Source: Octopus sinensis
Lineage: Eukaryota
DNA length: 64,000 nt
Direction: 5' to 3'
NCBI RefSeq assembly: GCF_006345805.1
Contig: NW_021835474.1
Location: forward strand, 1 to 64,000
The translations under genes were made by a program, and so were the position numbers. Under the pieces are notes generated by a model. That model was not told the origin of the DNA. It did no database searches and saw nothing but the letters and a program-made list of their open reading frames with translations. Below are positions 1 through 12,549 of this stretch, piece by piece (position 1 is the stretch's first letter; each line of letters starts with the position of its first letter).

Positions 1-255
1 TATTATTATTATTACCATCATCATTATCATTATTATTGCTGGTGTCACATAAGTGGCACCCATGCTGGTGGCACGCAAAAGCATCCATTCCATTCTCTAA
101 GTGGTTGGTGTTAAGAAGGACATTGAGTCATAGAAACGATGCCAAATCAGACTGGAGTCTGGTGCAGCACCTCAGCTTACCAGCCCCGGTCAAACTGTCC
201 AACCCATGCCAGCATGGACAACGGACGTTAAATGAGGATGAGGATGATGATGCTT

Positions 256-460
256 AAGGTAGTGAGCTGACATAATCATTGGCACACTTGGCAAAACGCT
301 TACTAATATTTCATTTGTCTTCATGTTCTGAGTTCAAATTCTGTTGAGGTCACCTTTGCCTTTCATCCTTTCAGGGTTGAGGAAATAAGGCGTTGGTGAT
401 ATACCCCTCCTCCAAAATTTCAGGTCTTGTGCCTATAGCAGAAAGGATTATTATTATTAT
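256..460 (+). mobile_element. Monomeric tRNA-derived SINE of the same head/body family, with the ordinary tail
   Basis: gagctg..., gagttcaaatt B-box, gaggtcacctttgcctttcatcctttc body, tail ...ccttgtgcctatagcagaaagg(att)n; further degenerate copies near 465-650, 17560-17770 and 18240-18520. Confidence 0.7.
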
Positions 461-659
461 TAAGACAATAGAATTGTTACAGCACTAGAAATGTCTAGTG
501 GCATTTCTTCAGGCTCTTCTGAGCTCTGCTGAGGTCAACTTTACCTTTCATCGTTTTGCAGTCGTTAAAATCATAATTACCAATCAAATTGTGGATTAAT
601 GTAATTGACTTGACCCCTCCCCTCAAAACTGCTTTGTGCCAAAATTAGAATTATCATTG

Positions 660-1276
660 GTTCCAGTCCCTGGGTTTTGAACCTCGTGGCCTATGCCAGG
701 GGTGTAACCACCCCACTTATGCGTACCTTTCCTTCATTGGACACTAAACTCTGCTTGCGAAGACCTGTTGAGGCAAGGGAAATCGAAATTGGAATCAAAT
801 TCGATGACTAGAATCCGTGCTAGTTGAGCCCTAAGAGCACCATCTGAGCATGATCATTGCTAGAGCAACAAACTGGCTTCTGTGCCGGTGGCACGTAAAA
901 AGCACCATTTGAGTGTGATCGTTACCAACGTTGCCTTACTGGCACTTGTGCCGATGGCACGTGAAAAAACATTTGAGCGAGGTTGTTGTCAGTGCTGCTG
1001 GACTGGCTCCTGTGCAGGTGGCATGTAAAAAGCACCATTTGAGCATGGCCATTGCCAGTACTGCTTGACTGGCCCTCATGCCGGTCACACGTAAAAGCAC
1101 CCACTACACTCTCAGAGTGGTTGGCGTTAGGAAGGGCATCCAGCTGTAGAAACTCTGCCAGATCAAGCTTGGAGCCTGATGCAGCCATCTGGTTCACCAG
1201 TCCTCAGTCAAATCGTCCAACCCATGCTAGCATGGAAAGCGGACGTTAAACGATGATGATGATGATGATGATGATG
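660..1276 (+). mobile_element. Non-autonomous retroelement with internal gtgccggtggcacgtaaaaagcacc repeats and a (GAT)n tail
   Basis: 3' end ccaacccatgctagcatggaaagcggacgttaaac(gat)n shared with copies at 38-252, 3468-3620, 7908-8630, 17845-18160 and 48035-48340. Confidence 0.65.
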
Positions 1277-1559
1277 AGTCATTTTTGTCAAGAATATAAT
1301 TGTTTACATTGACCTCCTTCCCAGTCTCTCAATCATCCTTATTTTATCAACCTCAGAAGAATGAAAGTCATAAGTCTACCAAGGTAAGACTTGAACTCGC
1401 AACCTAACTCTGTAAATCTCTTTTGGTTAGATCATAATTTTATACCCCTTGGAACTCAATAAGCAGCTGACATTTTCCTGTGGTCCCTTCATCAACTAGA
1501 CCCCCTTCTTACAAATGTGTGTCTCCTGTCAATAAAATATTGTTGTTTCTCTCCTTCAG

Positions 1560-1701
1560 TGCCAGATGGCGTTGTTATCACTATTGTCAAAGAACGTTTG
1601 ACTCAACTTGACTGTATGACATGTGGCTGGGTATTACATGGATTTCCCAGGAACTTATTCCAAGCTCAAGATCTGGATGATGCTGGATTATTTCCAACAA
1701 G
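1560..1701 (+). CDS. AK8: Adenylate kinase 8-like, penultimate coding exon
   Basis: ctccttcag acceptor and AG|gtatt donor; translates VPDGVVITIVKERLTQLDCMTCGWVLHGFPRNLFQAQDLDDAGLFPTR with the adenylate kinase GWVLHGFPR motif; phase fits the next exon. Confidence 0.9.
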
Positions 1702-1815
1702 GTATTGTTTTGTTTTCTGTACCTCTTTTAAATAGTTTTGCATCTAATTATAGTATTTTCTGGCTTTCAAATCAGCATATTTAGATCTACATCTATTATT
1801 GGGGCAGTTCCATTC

Positions 1816-1873
<58 letters not shown>

Positions 1874-3256
1874 CAGTTCCTTAATGGTAAGATCAACAAA
1901 AAAAGAGTAGTACTCTATCTTGTGAGAGCTAAATATTATTTAATAAACACAATATGTGTTTTTATGTGCTACTGTTAGTTTCATGTGCTGAGAACATGCC
2001 AAACATTGTTTTATAAAACATCTGGGGTGCCAGTACAATCATCAGACTATTGTATCTGTATATTCATACTCGCACAGAATATGGTTGTCACCAAAATGCT
2101 ACAATACATATACACATTCTTTGGTAACAAGAAACATGTTAAGAACATAAAAAAGTTTTAAAAAGTCATTAAAATATTGCACAAAAAGATTACAACATAA
2201 ATATACATTCTCCAGAAAAATGTTAAAGATAGTTTCCAGAAGGAGTATTAAAAAAGTTCAGTGGAATATTGGTATACACGCACAGATATTATGAGTTCAA
2301 AAAAGTTTACATATAGTAGAAGGGAAGCACACACAAACACATGTATACATATTCACACAAGACACACACTCACACCATCTGACTCATCAGACACACAGTA
2401 CACACACATACACCCTCACAGACCCTGACAAATGCCAAACACACTACATACACACACACACACACCAAAACCAAGAAATCACACACACGGTGGACAAACG
2501 GGCACCATATACACACCACCATACCAAATACAACACACAAACACATCTATTCACACCACATATATATATACACACACACAAAGACACACACTCACACCAT
2601 TCTGACCTCCATACAGACACACATATACACACACATACACACTCACAGCACCCTGACAAATGCCAATCACACACATACATACACACACACACACACAAAA
2701 CCAAGACAATCACACACACGGTTGACAAACGGGCACACATATACACACACCATCCTACCAAATTTTACAAACACACACACATCTATTCACCACCACTATT
2801 ATATACACACACACACAAGACACAACACACTCGCACCATTATGACCTCTAAAGACCAATCCCCCAATCATTGATGCGTGAAGGAGAGACAAAAAAAGAAG
2901 AAATTCTTTCAGTTCCACATTACTCTTCCTTCCCCCCCCACCCAAACACACCTACAGTGTCCCTTGAAATAGAAAATAGTCTTTTACGATAACATGGTGG
3001 ACATGTTAAACTTTTTTATGTCCTTAACATGTTCTTGTCACCAAAGACTGTATATATGTAATGTAGCAATTTGTAACAACCAATAATTAACACAACCAAA
3101 CTTCTACATGTTACTTTTGACAATCTTTTTCTAAAGAGTGAAACCAGTAAAGTAAATAAACATCTTTCAAAATTGCATTTTCAAACTTTCTTTCGTATAT
3201 AATTCCACTCTTGCAGTACCTTACAACTCCACTTTATGATATGTATATATATATAC

Positions 3257-3295
<39 letters not shown>

Positions 3296-3649
3296 TATAT
3301 ATATATTAATATATATATTATATATATATACATGTCATAAAGTGGGTTGAGGACGCAAGAGTGGAATTATAGCAAAGAACTTACCGGTTCATTTTAGAAA
3401 AAGATTGTCAAAAGTAACATGTAGAAGTTTTGGTTGCGTTATTATTGGTGTTATGTATATATATATACGGAGTGGTTGGCGTTAGGAAGGGCAACCAGCT
3501 GTAGAAACATTGCCAGATTAGACTGGAGCTGGTGCAGCATTCTGGCTTCCCAGAACCGGTCAACCGTCCAACCATGCTAGCATGGAGAAGGACGTTAAAC
3601 GATGATGATGATGATGACGATATGTATATATATATATGTTGTGTGTGTG

Positions 3650-3845
3650 TGGTTGCAATGGCCCAGTGGTTAGGGCACCGGACTCGCAGGTGTAGGATCG
3701 CGGTTTCGATTCCCAGACGGGCATTGGGAGTGTTATTGAGCGAAAAACCTAAAGCTCCACAAGGCTATGGCAGGGGGTGTGGTGAGCCCTTTGTACTTTT
3801 TGCCAAACTTTTCTCCTCTTTCTTCTGCTGGCCTGGTCGGTCACA
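3650..3845 (+). mobile_element. tRNA-derived SINE (second family), partial
   Basis: tggcccagtggttagggc A-box and ggtttcgattccc B-box; relatives at 11585-12237, 15086-15425 and 44278-44790. Confidence 0.7.
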
Positions 3846-3860
3846 GTGATCACAGTGATG

Positions 3861-3912
<52 letters not shown>

Positions 3913-3914
3913 TT

Positions 3915-5584
3915 ACAGGTGAGAGAACTAAGCAGATGTAGTAGTTTGATGCTCGGGAAGAATGGAAAAAGTTTTTGACATTTTGAGCCTACACTCTTCA
4001 ACAGAAAGGGTTGAAAGGAAAAAAAGTGGAGAGACAATGAAAAAAAACAGGAAAAAATGTGTAGAGACCAAGGGTTAAATGATCAAAAGAATGCGGCTGA
4101 GTGACAGGGATATAATAAAGGTGCAGGCATGTGTGTGTGTAAGAGTGTTGTGTATGAACGGGGGTGAGTGCATGTGAATGCATGTGTGGGTGAGCTTAAG
4201 ATTATGTGGGCTTGTGTGTGTGTATAAGTAACCTAAGAGTGATGCATGTTTCTTGTATTTGTGTGTGTGTGTGCGTGCGTGTGTGTGTGTGCATGTGTGT
4301 GCATGTGCATATCTGTGTGTTTTTAGAATTGAAATGTGTGTTGTGGAGGAATGCATGGATGTGCAAGGTGGGATAGGGATGATGAGAGTTAGGGGTTGAG
4401 AGGTATTGGGTGCCAGTGCGTGTGAAGTGGGAAGGTGTGTGTGAATGCATGCGCATGTGAGTGTGTGTGTGTGGCTATGTACACAATGGTGTATGGTGTG
4501 AGTACTGGGTTGAACAGTGTGTATGGGTGTTTGCATAATGGTGTGTGTGTTGTGAATGTAGTGACTTAGGCAGTGTACAGGTGTAGGGGTGGAGGGGCAG
4601 TTAAAGGTGGAAGGTATGTTGGAATACATGTGGGGTTGGTATTAGACGAAGAGAGGTAGTGAATTAAGGCCATTAAGAGCAAAAGAACGAAGGGAGAAGA
4701 TTAATTCCTGTTCATGGTGTAGGTAGGAGTCTGGGTGGCCTCTGTGCAGACAGATGTGATAGTGAGTGACCAGTAGAGCAGCAGTGGTAAGAGACTGCGG
4801 CGTCATTGCTGAGCCTGAGACTTGGAGGTGTTCAGTGAACCGTTTGGTCAAGCGGTGTCCTGATTGACCAATGTACAGGGAAGGACAGAAAGCGCTGACT
4901 TTGCTGGAGGTGCAGGTAAAAGAGTTGGTGATGTATTAGGGGTGGTGTTGGGTACTGGTGAGGAGAGTGGTGTTGGAGAGGTTGGGCAGGTGTGAGAGCG
5001 TGGGCGAGAGCCAGGGAAGGAGCCAGGTTGGATGCCAGGAGTCGGGAAGAAACTGCAGATCAGAAGGTCATGCAGATTATGGATGTGTTTGAAGGGGGAA
5101 AGGAGTGGGTTGGGGAAGATGTGGGAGGTGGAGGGGTCAGACTGGAGTTGATGGAAGGCTCGGAGAGTGTTGGAAGGGTAGGGTGGAGGCGTGATAGGTG
5201 AGGAGAAAAGGGTGGCAGGCAAGGATGGGGCAGGTCTAGGGAGAGAGAGAGCAGAGGTACAGTCAATAGATTGTTCCTGGGCAGGGGCAGTTTGGATAAT
5301 GGTCGGGGGATATCTATGTACGGTGAAGTGGCAAGCCATGAGTTGAGACCAGGTCTCAAAGTCATAGTCATCACTTCAGAGCTGGTGTAGACAGAGCTAG
5401 GAGTAGGGGATAGAGAGTTTGGTGTGGGTAGGTTGGGTGGAGAGAAGTTAAGATAAGAGTGCGGCTCTGTGTGTTTGTAGTGGATGGAGGTGGTACGAGC
5501 AGAGTGGGGTGTACAAATGGATATGTTGAGACATTCAACAGAAGAGTAGGAGACAGTGCAAGAGAATTCGAGGGCAGGATTGAG
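3915..5584 (-). mobile_element. Penelope-like element 3' fragment (RT end + GIY-YIG), degraded
   Basis: FIQSLNPALEFS..., SIHYKHTEPHSYLNFS, FHQLQSDPSTSHIFP, YIGQSGHRLTKRFTEHL, EQELIFSLRSFALNGLN across shifting frames. Confidence 0.75.
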
Positions 5585-6638
5585 GGACTGGATGAAGGAG
5601 AGGCAGGGACTGGATGAAGGAGAGGAAGGGACTGGAGACAGGAGAGGCAGGGACTGGATGAAGGAGAGGAAGGGACTGGATGAAGGAGAGGCAGGGACTG
5701 GATGAAGGAGAGGCAGGGACTGGATGAAGGAGAGGCAGGGATTGGATGAAGGAGAGGAAGGGACTGGAGACAGGAGAGGCAGGGACTGGATGAAGGAGAG
5801 GAAGGGACTGGATGAAGGAGAGGCAGGGACTGGATGAAGGAGAGGAAGGGACTGGATGAAGGAGAGGCAGGGACTGGATGAAGGAGAGGAAGGGACTGGA
5901 TGAAGGAGAGGAAGGGACTGGATGAAGGAGAGGAAGGGACTGGATGAAGGAGAGGCAGGGACTGGATGAAGGAGAGGAAGGGACTGGATGAAGGAGAGGC
6001 AAGGACTGGATGAAGGAGAGGAAGGGACTGGATGAAGGAGAGGAAGGGATGGAGAAGGAGAGGCAGGGACTGGATGAAGGGGAGGGAAGGGAAGGGGGGA
6101 AGGAGAGGAAGGGACTGATGAAGGAGAGGAAGGGACTGGATGAAGGAGAGGCAGGGACTGGATGAAGGAGAGGAAGGGACTGATGAAGGAGAGGAAGAGG
6201 AAGGGACTGGAGACAGGAGAGGCAGGACTGGATGAAGGAGAGGAAGGGACTGGATGAAGGAGAGGCAGGGACTGGATGAAGGAGAGGAAGGGACTGGATG
6301 AAGGAGAGGAAGGGACTGGATGAAGGAGAGGCAAGGACTGGATGAAGGAGAGGAAGGGACTGGATGAAGGAGAGGAAGGGACTGGAGACAGGAGAGGCAG
6401 GGACTGGATGAAGGAGAGGAAGGGACTGGATGAAGGAGAGGAAGGGACTGGATGAAGGAGAGGCAGGGACTGGATGAAGGAGAGGAAGGGACTGGATGAA
6501 AGGATAGGGCAAGGACTGGATGAAGGAGAGGAAGGGACTGGATGAAGGAGAGGCAGGGACTGGATGAAGGAGAGGAAGGGACTGTATGAAGGAGAGGCAG
6601 GGAATGGATGAAGGAGAGGAAGGGACTGGAGACAGGAG
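5584..6638. repeat. 22-bp minisatellite AGGGACTGGATGAAGGAGAGG(A/C), about 48 copies
   Basis: Directly visible period; explains the three long low-complexity ORFs on the minus strand. Confidence 0.95.
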
Positions 6639-6677
6639 ACAAAGGAGAAATAAATATATCTTTTCCTTATTTTTCAG

Positions 6678-6999
6678 GGTATTTTTCTTAGATGTATCAC
6701 TGGATTCCATATTGGAGAGGATGACTCCCCTAAGGACAGACTTGGTGACCGGGCAGCAACATCACCTGCATTTTAATCCTCCGCAGACACTGGCGATGAT
6801 GGATCACCTGAGAACCAACCCAAGACATATGGAGAAGTCAGTCACAGAGGAAGTATCAAGATTCCATGCTCAGGAGGAAGGATTGTCAGGGTTTTACATA
6901 GACAGAGCAGCTCACCTGAATGCTGACCAGGATTATTACACTGTGTTTGAAACCATTATGAGTATGATCATCAACCCTATAGCAGTTAACTTCGATTAA
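6678..6999 (+). CDS. AK8: Adenylate kinase 8-like, last coding exon
   Basis: ttttcag acceptor; (R)VFFLDVSLDSILERMTPLRTDLVTG...LNADQDYYTVFETIMSMIINP; resembles the AK8 C-terminus (LID region, NGDQD-like motif); TAA at 6997-6999. Confidence 0.9.
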
Positions 7000-7253
7000 T
7001 GACCATCTTCTAACACTCCTCATCTCTTGATGATCAATTTGGCTTATATTGCATTCTATTTTCAGTTCTTTTGCTGATGAAGAGCATCAAGAATAATCAT
7101 CAAGAGAGTAATGTTTGTTTCAAAAAATACTTTTATTTATATATCTATTAAACACTGGGAAAATTCTCCAAGCCTGTGTATCTGTCTCTCTCTGTGAAAT
7201 ATATGCACACATATTTATGTGTATTGATGTATTGTTGTTAATTTGTATTAGAA

Positions 7254-7259
7254 AATAAA
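7254..7259 (+). promoter_or_regulatory. Candidate polyadenylation signal of AK8
   Basis: AATAAA ~255 bp after the stop, in an AT-rich UTR. Confidence 0.4.
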
Positions 7260-7907
7260 ATGTATGCTGAAAGTGGGTCTATATGGATCATTAAAGTTAC
7301 ATTCATTTATTTATTCTATATTTATATTTATTTATTTATAACTTAACCTTATGTACTTTATATAATCTCTGACGAAGCCTAGAGAAACACCCAAGTACCT
7401 CAATTTCATCTACCTATTACTTCAGTCTACTTGAGTAATAAAGGTAGAATGAGGTATTTTTATCTATTGGCTGAAACAGCTGTAAGTTATTTTCCCAATT
7501 TATATTCCTGTATGTTATTTTATAATAATTACTGGTATCCTTATATATTAATATATTAATATATTTTATATGTAAAGCATAATATATTATATGTATGTAT
7601 ATTCTTGTAATTGTCATTTTAGTAAATAAATAAATAAGTTGACATAATATAATGTCTAAAAGTTGATGAATATTACTTATTGATCCCCTCCATTTTCTTA
7701 TTGCTCTATAAATTAATGGTAAAATATCTCTTTACCTTCACCCATTTAGTACACTCGGTAATGTAATTGCAATGCAATAAAAAACACTTGTGTATTAATA
7801 ATTGGGTATTCTACCACCAGTGTATTGGATAGATATTACCCCTTGGTTGGTTGGATTCACAACCTCTAACTTACTTGGAATTAATATATATATATATAAA
7901 TATATAT

Positions 7908-8626
7908 CATCATCATCATCATCATTATCGTTTCACGTCCGCTTTCCATGCTAGCATGGGTTGGATGGCTCAACTGTGGTCTGTGAAGCCAGAAAGCTGC
8001 ACCAGGCCCAGTCTAATCTGGCAGTGTTTCTACAGCTGAATGCCCTTCCTAACGCCAACCACTCCGTGAGTGTAGTGGGTGCTTTTTACGTGCCACCAGC
8101 ACAGGTGCCAGGGGAGACTGGCAACGGCCACAATTGGTTGGTGCTTTTTACGTGCCACCGGCACAGGTGCCAGGGGAGGCTGGCAAAGGCCAGCCACGAT
8201 CGGTTGGTGCTTTTTATGTGCCACCGGCACAGGTGCCAGGGGAGGCTGGCAATGGCCACGATCGGTTGGTGCTTTTTACGTACCACCGGCACAGGTGCCA
8301 GGGGAGGCTGGCAACATCCACGATCGGTTGGTGCTTTTTATGTGCCACCGTCAGAGGTGCCAGAGGAGGCTGGCAACGGCCATGATCAGTTGGTGCTTTT
8401 TACGTGCCACCGGCACAGGTGCCAGGGTAGGCTGGCAACGGCCACAATCGGTTGGTGCTTTTTATGTGCCACCGGCAGAGGTGCCAGAGGAGGCTGGCAA
8501 CGGCCATGATCAGTTGGTGCTTTTTACGTGCCACTGGCACAGGTGCCAGGGGAGGCTGCCAACAGCCACGATTAGTTGATGCTTTTTACATGCCATCGGC
8601 ACGGAAGCCAGTCAAGGTGGAACTGG

Positions 8627-8630
<4 letters not shown>
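7908..8630 (-). mobile_element. Same (GAT)n-tailed retroelement, with an expanded 62-bp internal tandem array
   Basis: 62-bp period from about 8078 to 8600 (about 8 units). Confidence 0.75.
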
Positions 8631-8670
<40 letters not shown>

Positions 8671-9071
8671 AAGGTTGTTCAGGCTAAATTTGATGATGTT
8701 TTTGTCATCTTTTCTCAAGAACAGCTTGATGTATTGGTGGACAGTCAATGGTGTTGGAAAGCATAAAGATTGAAATTGTAGTTGAGAAAAAGTTGGCTGA
8801 TACGGAGAACTGGAAGCCATGTGGATATTAGAAAAGAGTTACTTGTATCACGAAGATTCCACACTGGATATCAAAATGCTGATATCATGAATCCTGCTTA
8901 ATGCTCTATGAACACTGTAAAAGGATGTGAGACATGAGATGGGCAGCTGGAACAGAGACGATGAAGCTGCAACTGTCTGGAAGGGACACAGAAGGCATCC
9001 TGATTTCGTCTACCTTCCAGTATTCCTCCCCACGTCTACGAACAAGGTCTTAGGAGGCTCAATTCAGGCGG

Positions 9072-9485
9072 CTCTCTTTAGTCTCTTTTACTTGTTTCAG
9101 TCATTTGACTGTGGCCACGCTGGAGCACCACCTTTTTAGTCGAGCAAATCGACACCAGGACTTATTCTTTGTAAGCCTAGTACTTATTCTATCGGTCTCT
9201 TTTGCCGAACCGCTAAGTGATGGGGACGTAAACACACCAGTATCGGATGTCAAGCGATGTCGGGGTGGGGACAAACACAGACACACAAACATATACACAC
9301 ACATATATATATATATATACGGCGGGCTTCTTTCAGTTTCCGTCTACCAAATCCACTCACAAGGCTTTGGTCGGCCCGAGGCTATAGTAGAAGACACTTG
9401 CCCAAGGTGCCACGCAGTGGGACTGAACCCGGAACCATGTGGTTCGTAAACAAACTACTTACCACACAGCCACTCCTATGCCTAT
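9072..9485 (-). mobile_element. Third-family SINE
   Basis: Reverse complement of the family consensus seen at 17133-17555. Confidence 0.85.
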
Positions 9486-9486
9486 G

Positions 9487-9780
9487 TGAAGTTGCTGGAG
9501 GATGTGCTCAATCCCTGGCTGGAGAGGATTGCTGCTGGAAGGCCATATGTGCTGCAGCAGGATTTGGCTCCTTGTCATACCTCTAGAAGGAGAGAGAAGG
9601 AATTGTCAGAGAATTTCTATGGCTTCATTAGGCCTGGTTTCTGGCCCTCTTATTATCCCAATTATAATCCCATGGATTACTGTGTGGTGGGGCATGGTTG
9701 AAAATGACCCCAACCACTCTGCTTGCAACACCAAGGCCTAGTTGGTGGCCAAGATCAAGGAGCTTCCCAGGGACACAGTA
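9487..9780 (+). mobile_element. Tc1/mariner transposase C-terminal fragment
   Basis: YVLQQDLAPCHTSR and FWPSYYPNYNPMDY resemble the QQDxAPxH and WPPxSPDLNPxDY motifs. Confidence 0.75.
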
Positions 9781-10499
9781 AAATAATATAATAATAATCC
9801 CAAAATATCAATAAATCAAAATTAGTGATACCTATTTAAAAAATAAAATCTGTATTATTGATGACTTTTTAACTTCAAATTCTTTATTCACAAAATACTG
9901 TTAAAATTTTCAAAGCCAAATAAAACATACATGCATGCATACATACAAACACATAAATAATAATAATAATAATAATAATAGTAATAATAATAATAATAAT
10001 AATGTTATCATGTACATTGTTTTGTCTTGGTATAAAAGATGGGCTACAGCAAATATTCTGCTCAATACTACAGATTTGCTTGTCAGTTGTTTGACCTTAA
10101 CCCTTAGTGGCTGACGATATGTGCATCTCTGATCATGAGCAGAAGTAGTTGGGGGAGCATCATAGCCATGTGTTGAGAGGCATTCTATGGAGTTTGAATA
10201 ATTCACCTCTTGAATCATGGGTGGTTTGTTCATCGTCCTTAAACAACCCTTATTCAGTGACCTTTTGAGCACGATGGGCTACTTGACCTGAAGAAAATTG
10301 TAACTGGGCCTTACCTGCAAGGTCATGTGCTGTTTATCTTGACATGAGATCACCATGTCACGCACATATGGTTGTGATGCATGTACCTGGTGTACCCTTA
10401 TCAAACGGATAGTCATGATGGGTATACTGGGCTTCGTATATTTGTACTCCAGTGTCGCTTTGATGGCATGCACTGCTCTCTCACTCAATAATAATAATA

Positions 10500-10540
<41 letters not shown>

Positions 10541-10544
10541 TAAT

Positions 10545-10837
10545 GTTTTCTTTCTTAACCACTAAGAGTTCACAAAAACCATTGGGGGATGGTACAGGAA
10601 AATATAATGTGGGGGTTACATAATAGTGTGTAAAAAGTAAAAAAAAACCAGTAACAATATAAAATTATAACAATGAATAATTCCCCAAAAGAGGGAGACT
10701 TCTTAGGGCCGCTCATGGAGACCCCCACAAAATCTTGGTTGCTTTGACCACTAGGGCAAGTGTCCTCTCAACACATCATCTTTCTTCGGCTCACAGGTGC
10801 ATGTTTAACGTAGGCTCATTCGTTTGGACTATTCTTG

Positions 10838-10838
<1 letters not shown>
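10545..10838 (-). mobile_element. Tx1-like LINE 3' terminal fragment between microsatellites
   Basis: Ends VARIVQTNEPTLNMHL*; 3' UTR similar to 28060-28300 and 54060-54300. Confidence 0.55.
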
Positions 10839-10869
<31 letters not shown>

Positions 10870-11200
10870 ATAATAATAATAATAATAACAATAATAGCAA
10901 CAACAACAACAACAACAATAATGATAATAATAACAACAACAACAACAATAATAATGATAATAACAACGACGACAACAACAACAACAACAATAATGATAAC
11001 AACAACAACAACAATAATGATAACAACAACAACGACAACAACAACAACAACAATAATAATGATAATAACAACAACAATAATAATGATAATAATAACAACG
11101 ACAACAACAACAAAAATGATAATAACAACAACAACAACAACATAATGATAATAATAACAACGACGACGACAACAACAACAACAACAACAATAATAATAAT
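10838..11200. repeat. (AAC/AAT/GAT)n compound microsatellite
   Basis: Direct inspection. Confidence 0.95.
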
Positions 11201-11584
11201 GATTGCATTTGCTGCTCTCACTCAGTAATAATAATGATGATGATGGGAAGATGAAGAAAAAGAAAAAGAAGGAGGAGGAGGAGAAGAAGAAGAAGAAGAA
11301 GAAGAAATGAAGATAATTTTTCTTTTATGTAATGATCGGAAGGAATAAAATGAAGGAGATGACAGATAATTATTCGGTGGCAGATAGATGTTATGTTTAT
11401 CTCTCAGTGAGAAGAAATGGAAAAGAGTGTTTGATACAATGAAGATGATAGACATGAAACCCCTGGTCAGCAGTTAAGTGGACCAGGTGTTTGGAAGTTG
11501 GAGGTTGGGACACAATGTTGTATCAATAATTAGTTTGAAAGATCTGGATGTGTAGCTAAGAAGTTCATTACACAACCATGTTGT

Positions 11585-12237
11585 TGTTGTTTGTTCCTTC
11601 TCGAGCCATGCCTAGCTCATAAGGGCTGGTTTCCCGGTTTCCTTGGCGTATAGGTAACCCATCTGGATGGGACGCCAGTCCGTCGCAGGTGAGCTGCAAG
11701 ATGCAGGAGGAAAGAGTGAGAGAAAAGTTGTGGTGAAAGAGTCAGCAGAAGTTTTGCCATTACCTTCTGCCGGAGCCGCGTGGAGCTTAGGTGTTGCGCT
11801 CATAAACACACACATCGCCTGGTCTGAGATTCGAACCCGCGATCCCTCGACCACGAGTCCGTTGCTCTAACTACTAGGCCATGTGCCTCCACGCACACAC
11901 ACGCACACGCATACGCACACATTAATATAGTAGTTTGTTCCTTCTCGAGCCACCCTTGGCTCATAAGGACCGGTTTCCCGGTTTCCTTGGCATATAGGTT
12001 CCCCACCTGGACGGGACGCCGGTCCGTTGCAGGTGAGCTGCAAGATGCAGGAGGAAAGAGTGAGAGAAAAGTTGTGGTGAAAGAGTCAGCAGAAGTTTCG
12101 CCATTACCTTCTGCCAGAGCCGCGTGGAGCTTAGGTGTTTTCGCTCATAAACAGACACAACGCCTGGTCTGAGATTCGAACCCGCGATCCCTCGGCCGCG
12201 TGTCCGCTGCTCTAACCACTAGGCCATGTGCCTCCAC
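11585..12237 (-). mobile_element. Tandem pair of tRNA-derived SINEs (second family)
   Basis: Two ~300-bp near-identical copies (about 11585-11890 and 11935-12237) with head ggaggcacatggcctagt(a/g)gttagagc...ggttcgaatc. Confidence 0.8.
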
Positions 12238-12549
12238 AACCATGTGGTTTTGGGTTTGATTCAAATGTGAAACTGTATGGATGAAAACCATGTGGAAGTC
12301 AGCTGTTGAGACAGGTCCTGTTAGATTTAATCCGTTGCCTGGTTTGACATGTCACATGTCTATAAGAGAGGTCTCCAGTCTGAGTCCCTACTTATTAGAC
12401 ATGGAGTTCCCGCAAAGGGTCACGGCAGCTGACCTTCCTTCTCTGATTAACCCTTTAACATTCAGATAAGTCTCTTAACTGTAATACATTTTCATTCACA
12501 TTATTTTTTTTTAATTAATCATGCCTATGATTAATTAATCAATTAATCA

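Noticed and set aside
3975-4008. Hammerhead at the 3' end of the Penelope-like fragment (minus strand CTGTTGAAGAGTGTAGGCTCAAAATGTC)
   Set aside because: Both core boxes are mutated; at most a decayed remnant
5060-6710. Three 391-424 aa ORFs on the minus strand
   Set aside because: Products of a stop-free 22-bp minisatellite; only the end of one overlaps real Penelope-like RT sequence
7368-7392. CTGACGAAGCCTAGAGAAAC hammerhead-like boxes
   Set aside because: No convincing stem II or stem I pairing
9101-9586. Recurrent short ORFs such as GLLSVSVYQIHSQGFGRPEAIVEDTCPRCHAVGLNPEPCG
   Set aside because: Incidental translations of the abundant SINE, repeated in each copy
10735-11228. Poly-N/T/C/L ORFs (also 23947-24550 and 50496-51273)
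   Set aside because: Translations of triplet microsatellites
11585-12237. tRNA genes
   Set aside because: The A/B-box heads continue into shared SINE bodies and do not close a cloverleaf
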